A stretch of 64,000 nt of DNA, from NCBI GenBank assembly GCA_963810095.1, contig CAWEMM010000012.1:320001-384000 (forward strand), given 5' to 3'. Both the position numbers and the translations under genes were made by a program. This DNA comes from an uncultured Chloroflexia bacterium. Its GTDB lineage: Bacteria; Chloroflexota; Anaerolineae; CG2-30-64-16. Shown here piece by piece: positions 58,737-64,000 of the stretch. Below the pieces are notes generated by a model that saw only the letters and a list, made by a program, of their open reading frames with translations, was not told the origin of the DNA and did not search any database. Numbering within the stretch: position 1 is the first letter of the stretch; each line of letters starts with the position of its first letter.

Positions 58737-60671
58737 TTACTTCTGTAGATACTTGTCGACGTTGTCCTTGGTGATGACTTCGCCGGGGATCAGGGTCTTG
58801 GGCTCGACCGTCTCGCCGTTGATGACCTTCAGCGCCAGGTTGATGCCTTCCTTGCCCATCGTCGCCGGGTCCTGGCGCACCGTCGCGGCCGCCGTCCCCG
58901 CCTTGATGCGGTCCAGCATCACCGGCAGGGCGTCAAAGCCCACCACCAGCACCTTGCCCGTCAGCCCCTTCTGGTCGACCACCGACGCCGCCGCCGCCGC
59001 GCCCGGATCGAACGCCACGAAGATCGCATTCAGGTCGGGGTTCGCCGTCAGCGTGTTCTGCGCCAACTGCGACGACGTGTTCTCGTCCCAGTTCGAGTAG
59101 TCCGCAATCACCGTCACCCCGCACGCCTTCAGCTTGTTCTCCACACCGTTCTTGCGTGCGTCGCCCGTCTGGTGCCCCACCGTGCCGCCCAGCACCAGCG
59201 CCTTGCCCTTGCCGCCCAGCTGCTGGCACAGCCAGTCGCCCGCCAGCCCCGCCGCTGCCTCGTTGTCCGTCTGGATCAGCGACGAGATCACCGGGTTCTC
59301 GATCGCCGTGTCCACTGCAATCGCCGCAATCCCCGCTGCCTTCGCCTTCGCCAGGGTGTCGTCCCAGCCTCGGCTGTCCGCCGCACCGATGATCAGCGCA
59401 TCCACACCCTGCGTGATCGCATTGTCCACCGCACGCTTCTGCGCCTCGGCGTCCTGCGTCTCCGTCGTCAGGTTGATGAACTGCACGCCCTTGTCCTTGG
59501 CCTGCGCCTCTGCCGCCCGCGCCAGCGTGAGCCAGAATTCGTTCGTCCCGCTGAACCCGCTGAACGCTATCTTGATGTCCTTCGGGTCCTTCTTCGGCGC
59601 CGCACCTTCCGCTGGCTTCAGGTACTTGTCGACGTTGTCCTTGGTGATGACTTCGCCGGGGATCAGGGTCTTGGGCTCGACCGTCTCGCCGTTGATGACC
59701 TTCAGCGCCAGGTTGATGCCTTCCTTGCCCATCGTCGCCGGGTCCTGGCGCACCGTCGCGGCCGCCGTCCCCGCCTTGATGCGGTCCAGCATCACCGGCA
59801 GGGCGTCAAAGCCCACCACCAGCACTTTGCCCGTCAGCCCCTTCTGGTCGACCACCGACGCCGCCGCCGCCGCGCCCGGATCGAACGCCACGAAGATCGC
59901 ATTCAGGTCGGGGTTCGCCGTCAGCGTGTTCTGCGCCAACTGCGACGACGTGTTCTCGTCCCAGTTCGAGTAGTCCGCAATCACCGTCACCCCGCACGCC
60001 TTCAGCTTGTTCTCCACACCGTTCTTGCGTGCGTCGCCCGTCTGGTGCCCCACCGTGCCGCCCAGCACCAGCGCCTTGCCCTTGCCGCCCAGCTGCTGGC
60101 ACAGCCAGTCGCCCGCCAGCCCCGCCGCTGCCTCGTTGTCCGTCTGGATCAGCGACGAGATCACCGGGTTCTCGATCGCCGTGTCCACCGCAATCGCCGC
60201 AATCCCCGCCGCCTTCGCCTTCGCCAGGGTGTCGTCCCAGCCCCGGCTGTCCGCCGCTCCGATGATCAGCGCATCCACACCCTGCGTGATCGCATTGTCC
60301 ACCGCACGCTTCTGCGCCTCGGCGTCCTGCGTCTCCGTCGTCAGGTTGATGAACTGCACGCCCTTGTCCTTGGCCTGCGCCTCTGCCGCCCGCGCCAGCG
60401 TGAGCCAGAACTCGTTCGTCCCGCTGAACCCGCTGAACGCTATCTTGATGTCCTTCGGGTCCTTCTTCGGCGCCGCACCTTCCGCTGGGGCCTTAGTCGG
60501 GTCGGCCGCAGGCGCCTTGGTAGGCTCGACTGCCGCAGGCGCCTTAGTTGGCTCAGCGGCGGGGGCCGGCGCGGCAGGGGTCGCGCACGCCGACAGCAAC
60601 ATGGAGGCGATCAGCACGATCGCGCCGATCTTGAAGATCGGGTGCAGTAGGGAGAGCTTTTTGACTGACAT
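58737..60671 (-). CDS. RbsB-like sugar-binding lipoprotein with two identical tandem binding domains
   Basis: Lipobox LSAC, AEPTKAPA linker, two copies of the KIAFSGF...ITKDNVDKYL domain. Confidence 0.92.
   Translation of the reverse strand: MSVKKLSLLHPIFKIGAIVLIASMLLSACATPAAPAPAAEPTKAPAAVEPTKAPAADPTKAPAEGAAPKKDPKDIKIAFSGFSGTNEFWLTLARAAEAQAKDKGVQFINLTTETQDAEAQKRAVDNAITQGVDALIIGAADSRGWDDTLAKAKAAGIAAIAVDTAIENPVISSLIQTDNEAAAGLAGDWLCQQLGGKGKALVLGGTVGHQTGDARKNGVENKLKACGVTVIADYSNWDENTSSQLAQNTLTANPDLNAIFVAFDPGAAAAASVVDQKGLTGKVLVVGFDALPVMLDRIKAGTAAATVRQDPATMGKEGINLALKVINGETVEPKTLIPGEVITKDNVDKYLKPAEGAAPKKDPKDIKIAFSGFSGTNEFWLTLARAAEAQAKDKGVQFINLTTETQDAEAQKRAVDNAITQGVDALIIGAADSRGWDDTLAKAKAAGIAAIAVDTAIENPVISSLIQTDNEAAAGLAGDWLCQQLGGKGKALVLGGTVGHQTGDARKNGVENKLKACGVTVIADYSNWDENTSSQLAQNTLTANPDLNAIFVAFDPGAAAAASVVDQKGLTGKVLVVGFDALPVMLDRIKAGTAAATVRQDPATMGKEGINLALKVINGETVEPKTLIPGEVITKDNVDKYLQK
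58750..60488. repeat. Intragenic tandem duplication, period 873 bp (58750-59615 vs 59623-60488)
   Basis: Direct comparison; only a few third-position differences seen. Confidence 0.95.
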
Positions 60672-60729
60672 GTCCCTTTCCTCCTTGGGCTGAGTGATAG
60701 GTTGGCCGAAAAAACGACTGACGAAGCGC

Positions 60730-61710
60730 TTATGCCTTTTCCCGGGCGCGTCGCTGCAAGTAGTCGAGCCAGACGGCAATGATGAGCACCGCGCCAGTGG
60801 CCACTTGCTGCCAGAACGCCGGGACGCGCATGTGAATGAGGCCGGCCTGCAGCACACGAATCATCAGCACACCGATGACCGTGCGTCCGACGCCGCCAAT
60901 GCCGCCGAACATGGAGGTGCCGCCGATGACGACGGCAGCGATGGCCCACAACTCGTCGCCCTGGCCACGATTGACGTGCGCGAAACTGAGCCGCGAGGTC
61001 TGGACGATGGATGCGGCGCCTGCCATCAGGCCGCCCAGCGCATAGTAGAACACCTTCCGGCGGTTTACAGGCACGCCGGAAAGCCGGGCCACCTCCTCAT
61101 TACCGCCGATTGCATAGGCGTGAAAGCCGGGCTGCGTCCGCGAGAGCATGAACCAGATGACGACAAGCGCAATGGCCGAGACGATCAGCGGGCCCGTCGA
61201 GCCCGCGCCGAGCCACTGGAACTCGGGCGGAAAACGGTGCATGTCCTTGCCCGCGCCGATCATGTTGGCGACGCCGCGAAAGATGAGCTGGGTGCCCAGG
61301 GTCGCAATCAGCGTCGGAATCCGGGTGCCGACGATGATCAGGCCGTTGGTCACGCCGCACAGCATACCGGCGACCAGGCCGCCTAGCACAGCCAACCACC
61401 AGGGCGCATCGACGAGCAGCAAGCTCCCGGTCACCACGGACACCAGCGCGAGGATCGAGCCGATGGACAGGTCCAACCCGCCCGAGATGAGCACCACGGT
61501 CGTGCCGGTCGCCATAATGAAGAGCACGGTCGAGTTCTCCAGCACGTCCTTAATCGCGGCCCACTGGCGGAATGTGGGGGCCAGGACCATGAATATCAAC
61601 GTGATGAGGATCAACCCGACCAAGGGCCGCATGATTTCCCGAACGTCAGAGCGGCTCGTAATGCGGTTCAAGCGGGCGCCAATGGACGAGGGTTGCGCTT
61701 GTGTGGCCAA
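60730..61710 (-). CDS. Monosaccharide ABC permease (RbsC-like)
   Basis: GGLDLSIGS, IPTLIATLG, YAIGGNEEVARLSGV, IAAVVIGGTS; TTG start after AGGAGG. Confidence 0.93.
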   Translation of the reverse strand: MATQAQPSSIGARLNRITSRSDVREIMRPLVGLILITLIFMVLAPTFRQWAAIKDVLENSTVLFIMATGTTVVLISGGLDLSIGSILALVSVVTGSLLLVDAPWWLAVLGGLVAGMLCGVTNGLIIVGTRIPTLIATLGTQLIFRGVANMIGAGKDMHRFPPEFQWLGAGSTGPLIVSAIALVVIWFMLSRTQPGFHAYAIGGNEEVARLSGVPVNRRKVFYYALGGLMAGAASIVQTSRLSFAHVNRGQGDELWAIAAVVIGGTSMFGGIGGVGRTVIGVLMIRVLQAGLIHMRVPAFWQQVATGAVLIIAVWLDYLQRRAREKA

Positions 61711-61711
61711 A

Positions 61712-62770
61712 TCAGACCTCCTGGGGCGCTGAAACAGCGTGCGGGATCCTGTCTTGCGAAGCGAAGAATGGCGGAGGTGCGCTCGACCGGCGCACGACGA
61801 TCTCGTTTGGGAGTTGAATATCTTGCGGCTCGCCGCTGCCATGACTGTCGAGCCGGTCGAGCAGGAGCTCGGCCGCGCGCTTGCCCATCTCGTACGCGGG
61901 CTGCGCCGCGACCGTTAGGAACGGGTCAAGGACCATGTGCTCGGGCAGGTTGTCGAAGGCGACCAGTGATACGTCGTCGGGCACGTGCAGCCCGGCGTCG
62001 CGGAGCGCCCGGTAGGCGCCGATGGCGATGAAGTTGTTTGCGGCCAGGATGGCCGTAGGCGGTGGGTGCAGCCTGAGCACCTGCTGCGTCATCGCGTAGC
62101 CGCTCGGCACGGTGAAGTGGCCGTAAATGACGCGCTCCGGACCCGGAGAAATGCCCCGTTCCCTGGCTGCGCGCATGAAGCCGGCAACGCGCTCCGATGC
62201 CGTCGAAACCGATGCGGGTCCGGTCAGCGTCACGACTTCGCGGTGGCCGAGATCGTACAGCAGCGCCGCCAGATCGTGCCCGCCGGCTTCCGATTCGCCG
62301 CGGACGCAGTCCACTTGTGCGCCGGGCGCCCGCCGGTCGATGATCACCACCGGCACATTGCGCTGCTGCAGCCACTGCACCGGCGCAGCTGCACTGCGCG
62401 CTGGCACCAGGAGGATGCCGTCGACACGTTTTTGCAGCAGGATGGTCAGGTAATCGGCCTGCTTTGTCTCAGACTCGTCGGTGTTACAGAGGATCGTGCT
62501 GAAGCCGCGTTGGCTGGCGACGTCTTCAACCCCGCGGGCCATGCTGGTGAAGAACGGGTTGGTGATGTCGGTGACGACCAGGGCCAGCGTCTGAGTGCGC
62601 TTGAAACGCAAGGAGAGACCCAGGGTGTTCGGCACGTACCCGAGGTCGGCCACGGCCGACTGTACCCGCGTGCGCGCTTCAGCACTTACGTAGCCGGAGT
62701 TGTTGAGGACGCGGGAAACCGTCATGGTGGAGACGCCCGCGCGCTGAGCCACATCCCGGATGGTCGCCAT
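61712..62770 (-). CDS. LacI-family regulator
   Basis: ATIRDVAQRAGVSTMTVSRVLN HTH. Confidence 0.93.
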   Translation of the reverse strand: MATIRDVAQRAGVSTMTVSRVLNNSGYVSAEARTRVQSAVADLGYVPNTLGLSLRFKRTQTLALVVTDITNPFFTSMARGVEDVASQRGFSTILCNTDESETKQADYLTILLQKRVDGILLVPARSAAAPVQWLQQRNVPVVIIDRRAPGAQVDCVRGESEAGGHDLAALLYDLGHREVVTLTGPASVSTASERVAGFMRAARERGISPGPERVIYGHFTVPSGYAMTQQVLRLHPPPTAILAANNFIAIGAYRALRDAGLHVPDDVSLVAFDNLPEHMVLDPFLTVAAQPAYEMGKRAAELLLDRLDSHGSGEPQDIQLPNEIVVRRSSAPPPFFASQDRIPHAVSAPQEV

Positions 62771-62804
62771 CGGCCCCCTGCACTGAGGAAATGTTACGGG
62801 GTTT

Positions 62805-62862
62805 TACTGTTATGCGTAACAGTAGTTATGCGTAACATATCACAGGCAAGTGCCGATGTCAA
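62805..62862 (-). promoter_or_regulatory. Promoter TTGACA-17-TATGTT overlapped by tandem operators GTTATGCGTAAC (62809-62820, 62825-62836)
   Basis: Exact 12-bp direct repeat, each copy near-palindromic; the first extends to tactgtta-tgcg-taacagta. Confidence 0.75.
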
Positions 62863-63102
62863 GAGGAAATAAAGACGGAAAATGCCGGCTGCTACGTGAG
62901 ATCATTTTGCGATTGGGTCAGGTGCAAACACAGGGAAATGGCCGGCTGGCGGTGCACGCTACGTCATGCTCTTTTGGCGAGGGCCGGATGGCCCCCAATG
63001 CAAACGCTTTAGGGACAAGGGAGTCGAATGCCGCTCGGCGGCAGTTCCACCCGACACTGCCGGTGCGCCTATACATCCCGATGCGCCCCGGTCGGTTTGT
63101 GG

Positions 63103-64000
63103 CTAATGCCCGCCTGCCTCCGCAGACGGATTCGGCAGCACCCGGCCGCGCGCAAGCGACGCGAAGATGCCGAGCACGCACAGGCCGGCAAACAGCGCAA
63201 ACGCCAAACGGGTAGCTTGCATGAAGGCAGGATAGTACTCTGGGGTGATTTGCACGGGGCCAATGATGGAGGCGAACAAGAGCGACGTCAGCGCGAGGCT
63301 GAGCGTCTGGCCGATCGTGCGCATAGTCGCCAGCAGCGCCGAAGCGACGCCGTAGTAACGCTTCTCGACCGAGCCCATGATGGCGTTCATATTGGGCGAC
63401 GAGAACAAGCCGAACCCCAGGCCCAGCAGAAGAAGCGCCAGGACGATGTAGGCCAACGGCGTGGCCGCACCGAGAAACGCCAACATGGCCAGCCCGACGG
63501 CAGTGAGGGCCATGCCCGACGAGGCAACCACCCGGGACTCGATGCGGTCTGACAGGCGGCCGGCGATGGGCGAGAACAGCGCCATCATCGCGGGCTGCAC
63601 GATCAGCAGCAGCCCTGCCTGCTGGGGGCTCAGGCCCTTGATATACTGCAGGTACAGGCTCAGCAAAAACGTTACCGCGGTCGTCGCCAGATAGTTGATC
63701 AAGGCCGCCAGGCTGGAGAACGTGAAGGCGCGGTTGTTGCGGAAGAGGCTCAGGTTGAGAATGGGCGACGGCGCACGGCTGGCCCAGACGGCAAACCCGG
63801 CCAGTCCGGCCAGTCCGGCGGCCACCATGATTGCACCCTGGCCCGACGTGAGGCGGGGCAGGCCGTAGATCGACAATGCGAGCGCGAACCCGTAGATCAG
63901 CGCGCCGATCCAGTCAAAGCGCTCGCCCCGGCTTTCAGCCCATTCCTGCGTTACGCGGAGGGTTGCGACGATCGCGACGATGCCCACCGCTGCGCTTGCC
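63103..64000 (-). CDS. MFS transporter (DHA2/EmrB-like), 5' end outside window
   Basis: RFDWIG, PILNLSLFRN, YLQYIKGLSP, AGRLSDRI, FSSPN. Confidence 0.88.
   Translation of the reverse strand, partial: ASAAVGIVAIVATLRVTQEWAESRGERFDWIGALIYGFALALSIYGLPRLTSGQGAIMVAAGLAGLAGFAVWASRAPSPILNLSLFRNNRAFTFSSLAALINYLATTAVTFLLSLYLQYIKGLSPQQAGLLLIVQPAMMALFSPIAGRLSDRIESRVVASSGMALTAVGLAMLAFLGAATPLAYIVLALLLLGLGFGLFSSPNMNAIMGSVEKRYYGVASALLATMRTIGQTLSLALTSLLFASIIGPVQITPEYYPAFMQATRLAFALFAGLCVLGIFASLARGRVLPNPSAEAGGH

Noticed and set aside
62880-63100. Possible c-di-GMP riboswitch (gcaaac...ggaaa...gggac)
   Set aside because: P1/P2 pairing and motif spacing do not fit, and there is no downstream gene on the + strand

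Overview
GC-rich bacterial chromosomal segment. Chloroflexota (Anaerolineae/Caldilineae-like) origin is inferred from Pro/Thr/Ala-linker lipoproteins, a MurF-Alr fusion and the intergenic palindrome types. It is dominated by carbohydrate uptake and catabolism under five LacI regulators: (i) a betaPGM-GH65 fusion with a sugar ABC system and GH130; (ii) LacI-UroD/MtaA-like-galK; (iii) an Opp-type oligosaccharide ABC with ChbG, GH2 beta-mannosidase, two GH94 phosphorylases, GH4 and a BadF-type kinase; (iv) an Rbs-type ABC interleaved with two UroD/MtaA-like genes, convergent on rhaA. Also present are split LigD modules (intact POL, degenerate PE), an ECF sigma factor next to a three-gene sensory operon (solute-binding protein, Cache-PP2C pseudophosphatase, output-less PDZ/TM/GAF receptor), murF-alr, and many dispersed palindromic repeats. 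Many genes carry single-base frameshifts, most likely long-read errors, so those boundaries are approximate. Best candidates for new biology: the UroD/MtaA-in-sugar-operon system, its tandem-duplicated binding protein (all differences found are synonymous), the catalytically degenerate sensory operon, and the 9-nt-periodic palindrome superfamily. No rRNA, tRNA, CRISPR or transposase was recognised.
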